Assembly: GCA_964584035.1 (NCBI GenBank)
Contig: CAZOYL010000070.1
Coordinates: 1 to 13,666, forward strand
Reading direction: 5' to 3'
Length of the DNA: 13,666 nt
DNA from: an uncultured Gemmatimonadota bacterium
GTDB lineage: Bacteria; SM23-81
Shown here: piece after piece, positions 6,483 through 13,666 of the stretch
Layout of the letters: each line of letters begins with the position of its first letter
Position numbering within the stretch: position 1 is the stretch's first letter
The notes under the pieces: model-generated
The model's database searches: none
What the model saw: only the letters and a program-made list of their open reading frames with translations
What the model was told of the DNA's origin: nothing
Translations under genes and position numbers: made by a program

Positions 6483-7675
6483 GTCAACGGCTCCCCCTGG
6501 TCGGCCGCGGAAAATTCCGGCAGCAGCTCAGCAACATCCTCACGACCGGGCCGACGGATGATGCCTCCGCCCAGGACCGCCTCCCGGTCGTAAAAAACGG
6601 CCGATTGGCCGGGGGTGACGGCCCGCTGGGGTTGGTCGAACACGATGTGCACATCGCCCTCCGGCATCGGGATCAGCCGAGCCGGAGCGGCAGCGTGGCG
6701 GTAGCGAATCTGTACGAAACAGGTCAGAGGCTCGAGCGGCGGCCGGATCGATACCCAGTTGAGCCGGTGTATCCACAGATGCCGCTTGAGCAAATCGCGC
6801 TCCGAACCCACCACCAGGCGATTATAGCGCCGGTCAATATCGACGACATAGACCGGCCGGCCGAGGTCCAGGCCCAGACCACGGCGCTGCCCAACCGTAT
6901 AGAACGGCAATCCTCGATGCTGTCCCAGAAGGTTGCCCTCATGGTCCACGATGGGACCCGGAGACCAGGGATAGGATTCCGTGCCCCCGGTCCGGCCGGC
7001 GGAGGAAGGCGCACAATGGCTCTCGATGAACAGGCCGTAGTCGTCCTCGGAGACAAAGCAGATCTCCTGGCTGTCCTTCTTATCGGCCACCCCAAGATCC
7101 CACTGGCCGGCCAGGCGTCGGGTCTCCTCCTTGGTCAGACCGCCCAGAGGCAGTATGGTGGCGGCCAGATCGGCCTGGGTCAGTTGCCACAGCGCATAGG
7201 ACTGATCCTTGGCTCGATCCAGTCCCCGCGACAGCACAAAGCGTCCTCTGCGGGCATCTTCATGTATCCGCGCATAATGCCCCGTGGCCAGCGCTCGGGC
7301 GCCCAGAGCCCGGGCTCTGGGAAGGAGGCCGCGCCATTTGATCTGGGCATTGCAGATGACGCATGGATTGGGGGTCCGTCCCTGGAGATATTCATGAACG
7401 AAGGCCCGAACGACCTGTTCGCCGAAGGGAACTCGTAGATCCACGAGATGATGCCGGATGCCCCATTGATGACAGACCTCCCGGGCATCGTCGAAAGCCC
7501 GGGATGAGCTGCAGCGGGGCTTATCGCCTTCATCGGTATCCCACAGCTGCATGGTCAAGCCGATGACATCATAGCCCGCCTGCTTCAACAGGACCACGGC
7601 CAGGGAACTGTCCACGCCGCCGCTCATGGCCACGGCCACCGGGCCGGGAGGAGGAATGTGCGTCTGGAAGCTCAT
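6479..7675 (-). CDS. mnmA: tRNA-specific 2-thiouridylase MnmA
   Basis: PP-loop VAMSGGVDSS, GRTPNPCVICN, ATGHYA, KDQSY, DSQEICF, YTVGQRRGL and AVTPGQSAVFY..LGGG. SD GGAGGT at 7685-7690. Confidence 0.97.
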   Translation of the reverse strand: MSFQTHIPPPGPVAVAMSGGVDSSLAVVLLKQAGYDVIGLTMQLWDTDEGDKPRCSSSRAFDDAREVCHQWGIRHHLVDLRVPFGEQVVRAFVHEYLQGRTPNPCVICNAQIKWRGLLPRARALGARALATGHYARIHEDARRGRFVLSRGLDRAKDQSYALWQLTQADLAATILPLGGLTKEETRRLAGQWDLGVADKKDSQEICFVSEDDYGLFIESHCAPSSAGRTGGTESYPWSPGPIVDHEGNLLGQHRGLPFYTVGQRRGLGLDLGRPVYVVDIDRRYNRLVVGSERDLLKRHLWIHRLNWVSIRPPLEPLTCFVQIRYRHAAAPARLIPMPEGDVHIVFDQPQRAVTPGQSAVFYDREAVLGGGIIRRPGREDVAELLPEFSAADQGEPLT

Positions 7676-7726
7676 CTCCGGAAGACCTCCGCCTGTGACT
7701 CTGACTCCGCCTCAACCCCTCATCAG

Positions 7727-7761
7727 AAAACGAAACGGGAGGACGGCGAACCCGCCCTCCC
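7727..7761 (-). terminator. Probable rho-independent terminator after the unknown exported-protein gene
   Basis: Minus strand reads GGGAGGGCGG-GTTCG-CCGTCCTCCC: a 10-bp stem with one G-U pair (7737-7761), followed by an interrupted U-tract GTTTCGTTTT. Confidence 0.65.
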
Positions 7762-7849
7762 TAAAAAGAAGGACCTGATAGCAAATTTGAAACTTCAAAT
7801 CGTTCAGTGCAAATTGAGATCACTCGGCCCTTTAAAACCCATCACAGCA

Positions 7850-8434
7850 TCAGATGTCGATGCGCACAAGTTCGGTCTGAAACTGCTTGACGCCCTGGTC
7901 GTTGAACAGCTCGGTCTTCAGAGGCAAAGGCACGGAGGGATCGACCACATAACGTCCCTGGACACTGCCTCCATCCTGATTGAGCAGTTCACAGACGAAG
8001 CCTTCTCGTCCGGCCACCGTCTCGGTCCCGGTCACCTGGACAATGCCGGCCCCGAAGAAGCTCATCTTGTTGCCCACATGAAGGTCCAGGCCGCCGAAAA
8101 AGGCAGCGTACATGGGATTGATAAAGGCCATGGTCAGGCCGAAAGCTCCGGCAGCCCACCAGCCGCCCAGGATCTCCGATCCCAGCTCGTCCTGGTTGGC
8201 CAGCCAGGTGGTCTGCACGGAGATATCCAGCTGGCCGTCCTCTCGGAGATCGATCTTCAAAGTATAATGACTGATCTTCTGGGTCTCTTCCTCGAGATTG
8301 ATGATCTTGTATTCGTACTCCTGGTTCTTGGGCTCGAATTGGTAGGGCTCCCACATGGCAGCAAAACTTAAACCATAACTTAATATAAGTGCAATAACCA
8401 GCCCCATAGCAATAAGTAACTTGTGTCTCGACAT
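7850..8434 (-). CDS. Hypothetical exported beta-rich protein (194 aa from the ATG at 8434)
   Basis: ATG at 8434 with SD AGGAGG (8440-8445), then a signal peptide MSRHKLLIAMGLVIALILSYGLSFA. The longer ORF-track start at 8548 buries the signal peptide. No family confidently recognised. Confidence 0.72.
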   Translation of the reverse strand: MSRHKLLIAMGLVIALILSYGLSFAAMWEPYQFEPKNQEYEYKIINLEEETQKISHYTLKIDLREDGQLDISVQTTWLANQDELGSEILGGWWAAGAFGLTMAFINPMYAAFFGGLDLHVGNKMSFFGAGIVQVTGTETVAGREGFVCELLNQDGGSVQGRYVVDPSVPLPLKTELFNDQGVKQFQTELVRIDI

Positions 8435-8579
8435 GACTCCCTCCTGATCACGGCCATACCTGAATGACTGAGAATGGGAACGGCTCTCTCCAGTGGCTCG
8501 GTTCACCTCCTTTTCACTTCGTAGGCGAAAATTGGATTTCGGGAACAATGGAAGATCGGGGTTGAGGGATCACCGATGC

Positions 8580-9758
8580 TCACAGTTCAGCATCGCCCTT
8601 CGATAGCCGGACCGGCGACATGGACCGCAACCGCTCGACGACACCCGGCAGAACCTCCAGAACGAGATCGATCTCCTGCTGAGTGTTGTCCCGCCCGAGG
8701 GTGAACCGGGCCGAGCCGTGAGCGATCTCGACGGGCACGCCCATGGCCTTGAGGACATGCGACGGCTCCAGAGATCCGGAGGAGCAGGCCGAACCGGTCG
8801 AAGCGGCGATGCCCTTGAGGTCCAGACCGAGAATCAGGGCCTCTCCCTCGAGAGCTTCGAAACAGACGCTCAGGGAGCCCGGCAGCCTCTGGGTGGGATG
8901 ACCGTTGATCCGCGCCGCCTCGATTTTCTCCTCAATGCCCCGCTGCAAAGCGTCCCGCAGCCGGGCTTCTCTTCCGGCGGTCTCCTCCATCTCCGCCACA
9001 CAGATCTCCAGCGCCGCGGCCAGGCCGACGATGCCGGGTACGTTCTCCGTCCCGGCCCGTTTCCAGTTCTCGTGGTGCCCTCCATGGACCAGAGGATGGA
9101 TCTTTTTCCCCCGGCGAATGTATAACGCACCCACGCCCTTGGGGCCGTAAAACTTATGTCCGGACATGGCCAACAGATCGACCTGGAGATCTTCGACATC
9201 GACCGGTATCTTGCCCACCGACTGGACGGCATCGGTATGAAAGGCGATTCCCCGCTCCCGGGCCAGAGCCCCCATCCGGGCGATGGACTGTACGGTGCCG
9301 ACCTCGTTATTGGCATGCATGATGGAGATCAGAATGGTCCGGCCGGTGATGGCCTGTTCAAGGGCATCGACTGGAACGATCCCGTACCGGTCGACCGGCA
9401 GATAGGTGATCTCAAAGCCTTCCTTCTCAAGATAGCGACAGGTGTTGAGAACCGCCTCGTGCTCAATTTGCGAGGTGATGATGTGATCGCCCTTGTCGCG
9501 GAGAGCGTAAGCGGTGCCCTTGATGGCCAGATTATCTCCCTCGGTGCCTCCGCTGGTAAAATAGATATCGTCCGATCGGGCATTGACAGCTCCGGCCACC
9601 TTCTCCCGAGCCTGGTCGATGGCCAGCCGGGCGTTTCGGCCGAGCCGGTGAAGACTGGAAGCATTGCCGTATTCTCCCTGATAATACGGCAGCATGGCCT
9701 CCAGGACCCGGGGATGGACCGGAGTCGTGGCGCTGTGATCCAGATAAACCGTTCTCAT
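8580..9758 (-). CDS. iscS: Class I cysteine desulfurase (IscS/NifS)
   Basis: YLDHSATTP, GNASSLH, FTSGGTE, ANNEVG, HTDAVQ, PLP-lysine motif SGHKFYGPKG, RAGTEN, and catalytic loop STGSACSSGSLEPSHVL. SD GAGGAG. Confidence 0.95.
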   Translation of the reverse strand: MRTVYLDHSATTPVHPRVLEAMLPYYQGEYGNASSLHRLGRNARLAIDQAREKVAGAVNARSDDIYFTSGGTEGDNLAIKGTAYALRDKGDHIITSQIEHEAVLNTCRYLEKEGFEITYLPVDRYGIVPVDALEQAITGRTILISIMHANNEVGTVQSIARMGALARERGIAFHTDAVQSVGKIPVDVEDLQVDLLAMSGHKFYGPKGVGALYIRRGKKIHPLVHGGHHENWKRAGTENVPGIVGLAAALEICVAEMEETAGREARLRDALQRGIEEKIEAARINGHPTQRLPGSLSVCFEALEGEALILGLDLKGIAASTGSACSSGSLEPSHVLKAMGVPVEIAHGSARFTLGRDNTQQEIDLVLEVLPGVVERLRSMSPVRLSKGDAEL

Positions 9759-9818
9759 AGAGGCTCCTCGTGTCTTCTCCGGATAGTTCCAACATCCTTG
9801 TGGAAACGGAATCTAAAG

Positions 9819-9847
9819 AACATAGGGATAGCTCCTGACCCTGTCAA
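9819..9847 (-). promoter_or_regulatory. Sigma70-type promoter upstream of iscS
   Basis: TTGACA (9842-9847), exactly 17 nt of spacer, then TATGTT (9819-9824; fits TAnnnT), about 60 nt upstream of the iscS ATG. Confidence 0.7.
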
Positions 9848-9855
9848 CCCATTTC

Positions 9856-10512
9856 TTATCGAACCTTTTCGATCCTGTTCAGGATGGATTCAGCGGCGGC
9901 GGCGATATCGTCGGCGCCCGCCACCGCGCCGATCACGGCCACCCCGTCGGCCCCGGCCCGGATAACGGCCTCGACATTATCGGCCGTGATGCCGCCGATG
10001 GCCAGGATGGGGATGCGGACCGACGGCCGGAGCTGGCGCAACCGTTCCGGCCCGACGTGGATGGCATGGTCCTTGGACCCGGTGGGAAACATGGCCCCCA
10101 GACCCAGATAATCGGCGCCTCCCTGTTGAGCCAAACGCACGCCGTCCGCCGTCCGGGCCGAGGCGCCCAGGATCATACCCGGGCCGATCAATTTTCTCGC
10201 CGCCGGCCAGGGCAGATCCTGTTCCCCCAGATGGACCCCGTCGGCCGCGACGGCCAGGGCCACATCCACCCGGTCGTCGATGGTCAACAGCACCCCGGCC
10301 TGGTGAGTCAGCGCCCGCAGCCGGACGGCCAGATGATAAAAGTCTCCGTCGGCCATCTCCTTGTCCCGGAACTGGATCATCCGGGCACCGCCCCGAATGG
10401 CGGCCGAGACGACCTCCTCAAAACCGCGCCCCCGGGACAGCGAACGGTCGGTGATGACACACAGCCGCACCTCGCGAAGGCGCGACCGGAGATCTGGATC
10501 AGCAATGATCAT
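9856..10512 (-). CDS. thiE: Thiamine-phosphate synthase
   Basis: LCVITD, IQFRDK, IDDRVDVALAVAADGVHLGEQD, GADYLGLGAMFPTGSK, LAIGGI and GADGVAVI motifs. No clear SD, so the exact start is uncertain. Confidence 0.93.
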   Translation of the reverse strand: MIIADPDLRSRLREVRLCVITDRSLSRGRGFEEVVSAAIRGGARMIQFRDKEMADGDFYHLAVRLRALTHQAGVLLTIDDRVDVALAVAADGVHLGEQDLPWPAARKLIGPGMILGASARTADGVRLAQQGGADYLGLGAMFPTGSKDHAIHVGPERLRQLRPSVRIPILAIGGITADNVEAVIRAGADGVAVIGAVAGADDIAAAAESILNRIEKVR

Positions 10513-10570
10513 GATATCAGAGGCCGTTTGACGAATTTATGCAGGCTGGAGGGGATTCCTCCGGGGCGGC

Positions 10571-11080
10571 TCACCAGCCGGCCAATATTTTGTTGACGAT
10601 ATCCTCGGCCAGCTTGGCGATGGCCCGCTCCCGGCCGGTCTCGATCTCTTCGGGGGGACTGGCCGAGACATCGTAGGTCCCCCATCCTTCCATCCGCTTC
10701 TCTTCCCAGAGGACTCTGCGGTTGCTGACGTCCTGATAGGAGACGTCCACATAGATCCGGACGATGTATTCCTGGACATTCTCGGACCGGTCATAGGTAT
10801 AAGCCTGCTCCTTATAATCGACCACCGTGCCCTCGATGATCGAATCGGCCGATTCCCGGCCGAGGACCCGAAGGCGGCCGTCGGTCACCAGAGCCTCGGT
10901 GACGGCGTCGGTGAGGTTCTCCCGGATGCCGATCTCGGCCGTCTGATTCCCGAAGATGGGAACGGCCACCGTCCGGATGTGCGCCGGCAGGCCACTGCCC
11001 GAAAAGGAATAGATCCCACAGCGGGTGCACACACAAACCACGATCACGATCAGCAGTCGAAGCTCTTTTTTAAGGTACAT
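10571..11080 (-). CDS. lptE: LptE-family (LPS-assembly) lipoprotein
   Basis: Signal peptide followed by CGIYSFSG..LPAHIRTVAVPIFGNQT, ADSIIEGTV, VLWE and AIAKLAEDIVN...W. This is the pattern of non-proteobacterial LptE-like proteins. Confidence 0.75.
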   Translation of the reverse strand: MYLKKELRLLIVIVVCVCTRCGIYSFSGSGLPAHIRTVAVPIFGNQTAEIGIRENLTDAVTEALVTDGRLRVLGRESADSIIEGTVVDYKEQAYTYDRSENVQEYIVRIYVDVSYQDVSNRRVLWEEKRMEGWGTYDVSASPPEEIETGRERAIAKLAEDIVNKILAGW

Positions 11081-11091
11081 GGCCGTTCACC

Positions 11092-12378
11092 CTAATAAAG
11101 TACCTGACCATCCCGATAGACCACCCGGCCGGATTTGATCACCGTGTCGACCAGATTGACCCCAAAGTGATAGGGCAGCAGTTTATAATTGCTCATATTC
11201 CAGATGACCAGGTCGGCCCGTTTGCCCTTTTCCAGGCTGCCCGTCATCCGGCCCCTGTCCACCGCCCAGGCGGCGTTGACGGTGGCGGCGCAGATGGCCT
11301 CCGATGGCAGCAGTTTCATCTTCAGACAGGCCAGGGTCAGGATCATGGGCATCGACTCGGTCATACAGCTGCCCGGGTTCAGATCCGTGGCCAGGGCCAC
11401 CGGAAGGCCGGCCGCGATCATCTCCCGGGCCGGGGCATAGCGTTCACTTCCCAGGAAAAAGGTGGTCCCGGGCAGCAGCACGGGGATGACATTCGCGGTC
11501 GCCATGGCGGCGATCCCATCGGCATCGGTGTAGACCAGATGATCGGCCGAAATAGCCCCCAGCTCCGCGGCCAGCTGAGAACCGCCGCTGGCAGCCAATT
11601 CGTCGGCATGCAGCTTCAGTTTGAGACCGGCCTCTCGGGCCGCGGTGAGGATCCGACGCGACTCCGGCACATCGAAGACATCCTGTTCGCAGAAAATATC
11701 GCAGAACTCGGCCAGATCGTCCGCGGTGACTCGAGGAATCATCTCCTCCACGATCAGCCGGATATATTCCTCCCGATCTTGACGGTACTCGTCGGGAACC
11801 TCGTGGGCGCCCAAAAAAGTGGGCACCAGGTCCAGGGGATGCTCCCGGTCGAGTTGCGCTATGACGGCCAAAGACTTCAACTCGTTTGTCATATCAAGAC
11901 CGTAACCGCTTTTTGCCTCAATAGTTGTCGTTCCATGCGAGAGCAGGCGGTTGAGCCGGGGAAGGGCTTCCTGGCGCAGCTGTTCCGCCGTCGCCTGGCG
12001 CAGCTGTCGCACGCTGGAGCGTATTCCCCCGCCGGCAGCAGCGATCTCGGCGTAAGAGGCTCCCCTGATGCGCAGCTCGAACTCCTCCTCGCGGGTCCCG
12101 GCGAAGACCGGATGGGTGTGGGGATCGATAAATCCCGGCATGACTACCTGGCCGCGGGCATCGATGATGTCCGTCTGCGCTCCGATCGAGACCCGGCGGC
12201 AGACCTCCGGATCGGTCCCTGCGGCCACGATATGATCGCCCCGGATGGCCACCGACCCATCGGCAACCAGTCCCAGGTTGGCCATATCAGAGCCCCTTCG
12301 AGGGCCTTTTCCGCCACCCCGTAAGGTCAATAATTGTTTGGCATTTCTAACGATCAGATCGACTTCTTCCTGAGGCAT
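11092..12378 (-). CDS. hutI: Imidazolonepropionase
   Basis: PGFIDPHTHPVF, GASYAEIAAAGGGI, GTTTIEAKSGYGL, FLGAH, KLHADEL, SADHL and ATDLNPGS. I placed the start at ATG 12378 (MPQEEVDL) with SD GAGGA, rather than at 12429. Confidence 0.96.
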   Translation of the reverse strand: MPQEEVDLIVRNAKQLLTLRGGGKGPRRGSDMANLGLVADGSVAIRGDHIVAAGTDPEVCRRVSIGAQTDIIDARGQVVMPGFIDPHTHPVFAGTREEEFELRIRGASYAEIAAAGGGIRSSVRQLRQATAEQLRQEALPRLNRLLSHGTTTIEAKSGYGLDMTNELKSLAVIAQLDREHPLDLVPTFLGAHEVPDEYRQDREEYIRLIVEEMIPRVTADDLAEFCDIFCEQDVFDVPESRRILTAAREAGLKLKLHADELAASGGSQLAAELGAISADHLVYTDADGIAAMATANVIPVLLPGTTFFLGSERYAPAREMIAAGLPVALATDLNPGSCMTESMPMILTLACLKMKLLPSEAICAATVNAAWAVDRGRMTGSLEKGKRADLVIWNMSNYKLLPYHFGVNLVDTVIKSGRVVYRDGQVLY

Positions 12379-12397
12379 ATTGTTCCTCTGCAGCCAA

Positions 12398-12439
12398 AAC
12401 GAAGGATCACATACAACGAAGGGGCACATATGATGAAGG
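12398..12439. repeat. Imperfect tandem direct repeat, 17-bp period, in the hutU-hutI spacer
   Basis: AACGAAGGATCACATA (12398-12413) and AACGAAGGGGCACATA (12415-12430) are 14/16 identical. A partial third copy, GATGAAGG, starts at 12432. Confidence 0.7.
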
Positions 12440-12484
12440 CATTTCTCTGCCTGCTGCCTGCTGGTTCTCCCATGAACACGGTAG

Positions 12485-13666
12485 TTATTCCATCATCGGC
12501 ATCCGAATGCCCTTCTGCCGGGCCGTCTCGATGGCCTGATCATATCCGGCGTCGGCGTGGCGGGCCACCCCGATGCCGGGATCGTTGGTCAGCACCCGGT
12601 CCAGCCGGACGGCCATCTCCTCGGTGCCGTCGGCCACGGTGACCATGCCGGCGTGGATGGACAGTCCCATGCCCACCCCGCCGCCGTGGTGCACCGAGAT
12701 CCAGGAGGCTCCCGAGACGGCATTGAGCAGGCCGTTGAGGATGGGCCAGTCGGCGATGGCGTCGGAGCCGTCCTTCATTCCCTCCGTCTCACGGTAAGGC
12801 GAGGCCACCGAGCCGCAGTCCAGGTGATCACGGCCGATGACGATGGGCGCCTTGATCTCCCCCCGGGCGACCATTTCGTTGATCAGTTTGCCGAAGTGGG
12901 CCCGCTCGCCGTAGCCCAGCCAGCAGATCCGGCTGGGCAGCCCCTGGAACCGGACCTTCTCCTGAGCCAGACGGATCCACCGGCACAGGGCCTCATCCTG
13001 AGGAAACTCTCGCAGCACCACCTCATCGGTCTTGAGGATATCCTCCGGATCGCCGGACAGGGCCGCCCAGCGGAAGGGACCCTTGCCGTCGCAGAACATC
13101 GGCCGGATGAAGGCGGGAACGAAGCCGGGAAAATCGAAGGCGTTTTCCACCCCGGCCTTCTGCGCCTGGCCGCGGATGTTATTGCCGTAATCGAAGGTCA
13201 CCGCCCCGTTCTTCTGCATAGCCAGCATGGCCTCGACATGAGCGGCGATGGATTCATAGGACCGCTTGGTGTATTCCTCGGGGTCGCGCCGACGCAGCGC
13301 CAGGGCCTCTTGAAACGTCATCCGGCCGGGCACGTAACCGTTGAGGACATCATGGGCCGAGGTCTGATCGGTGAGCACATCGGGGGTGATGCCGCGCCGG
13401 ACCAGTTCAGGGTGGATCTCCGAGGCGTTGCCCACCAGCCCGACCGAGAGGGGCTGCTCCCCGTCAAGAGCCTTCTCGACCAGCTTGAGGGCTTCATCCA
13501 GATCCTCCGCCATGGTGTCACAGTAGCCGGTGTCCAGGCGCCGCTGGATCCGGGAACGGTCCACCTCCACGTCCAGGCAGACGCCCTCGTTCATGGTCAC
13601 GGCCAGGGGCTGGGCGCCGCTCATCCCGCCCATGCCGGCGGTCAGCACCAGCCGGCCCTTTAACGT
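12485..13666 (-). CDS. hutU: Urocanate hydratase; 5'-truncated by the window edge
   Basis: The frame is open to the window end ([22 protein letters not shown]). Motifs: [62 protein letters not shown] and RHADAGY. Confidence 0.98.
   Translation of the reverse strand, partial: TLKGRLVLTAGMGGMSGAQPLAVTMNEGVCLDVEVDRSRIQRRLDTGYCDTMAEDLDEALKLVEKALDGEQPLSVGLVGNASEIHPELVRRGITPDVLTDQTSAHDVLNGYVPGRMTFQEALALRRRDPEEYTKRSYESIAAHVEAMLAMQKNGAVTFDYGNNIRGQAQKAGVENAFDFPGFVPAFIRPMFCDGKGPFRWAALSGDPEDILKTDEVVLREFPQDEALCRWIRLAQEKVRFQGLPSRICWLGYGERAHFGKLINEMVARGEIKAPIVIGRDHLDCGSVASPYRETEGMKDGSDAIADWPILNGLLNAVSGASWISVHHGGGVGMGLSIHAGMVTVADGTEEMAVRLDRVLTNDPGIGVARHADAGYDQAIETARQKGIRMPMME

Noticed and set aside
5562..7438. 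Plus-strand ORFs 5562-6593 (343 aa) and 6605-7438 (277 aa)
   Set aside because: Antisense to the peptidase and mnmA, which carry clear catalytic motifs.
7658..8371. 237-aa plus-strand ORF as an alternative to the unknown minus-strand gene
   Set aside because: The minus-strand ORF has an SD, a signal peptide, a downstream terminator and the same orientation as its neighbours. The plus-strand ORF has none of these.
7762..8579. Unknown gene considered as a mobile element or integron cassette
   Set aside because: I could identify no transposase or integrase, terminal inverted repeats, target-site duplication or attC-like structure.
10548..10562. GGAGG/CCTCC hairpin after the lptE-like gene as a terminator or riboswitch part
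   Set aside because: Only a 5-bp core stem, no U-tract, and no TPP aptamer consensus.
11167..12324. 385-aa plus-strand ORF
   Set aside because: Lies entirely antisense to hutI and has no domain features.
12398..12439. Repeat considered as a mini-CRISPR array
   Set aside because: The units are 16 nt with 1-nt gaps, so there are no spacers, and there are no cas genes in the window.
12557..13663. 368-aa plus-strand ORF
   Set aside because: Antisense shadow of hutU. Long stop-free antisense frames are expected with high-GC codon bias, and it has no recognisable motifs.

Overview
High-GC window from a diderm, LPS-producing bacterium; the taxon cannot be fixed from sequence alone. It is mostly housekeeping. 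Thirteen genes run on the minus strand: hutU (5'-truncated), hutI, an LptE-like lipoprotein, thiE, iscS/nifS, an unknown secreted protein, mnmA, a gluzincin metallopeptidase, an LpxL-family acyltransferase, a GT9 heptosyltransferase, a PfkB-family kinase and two paralogous small outer-membrane beta-barrels. They converge at a bidirectional terminator on a plus-strand TPR-plus-membrane-domain gene that is cut by the window edge. I found no RNA genes, CRISPR arrays or mobile elements, and no clear-cut novel multi-gene system. The best leads are: (1) an uncharacterised exported protein with its own RBS and terminator splitting iscS from mnmA; (2) a non-HldE PfkB kinase and a membrane-anchored peptidase coupled to LPS genes; (3) a TPR-membrane module that appears tandemly duplicated; (4) orphan perfect Shine-Dalgarno boxes in two leaders; (5) a 17-bp-period repeat between hutU and hutI. 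All family calls come from motif recognition by eye, not database searches.
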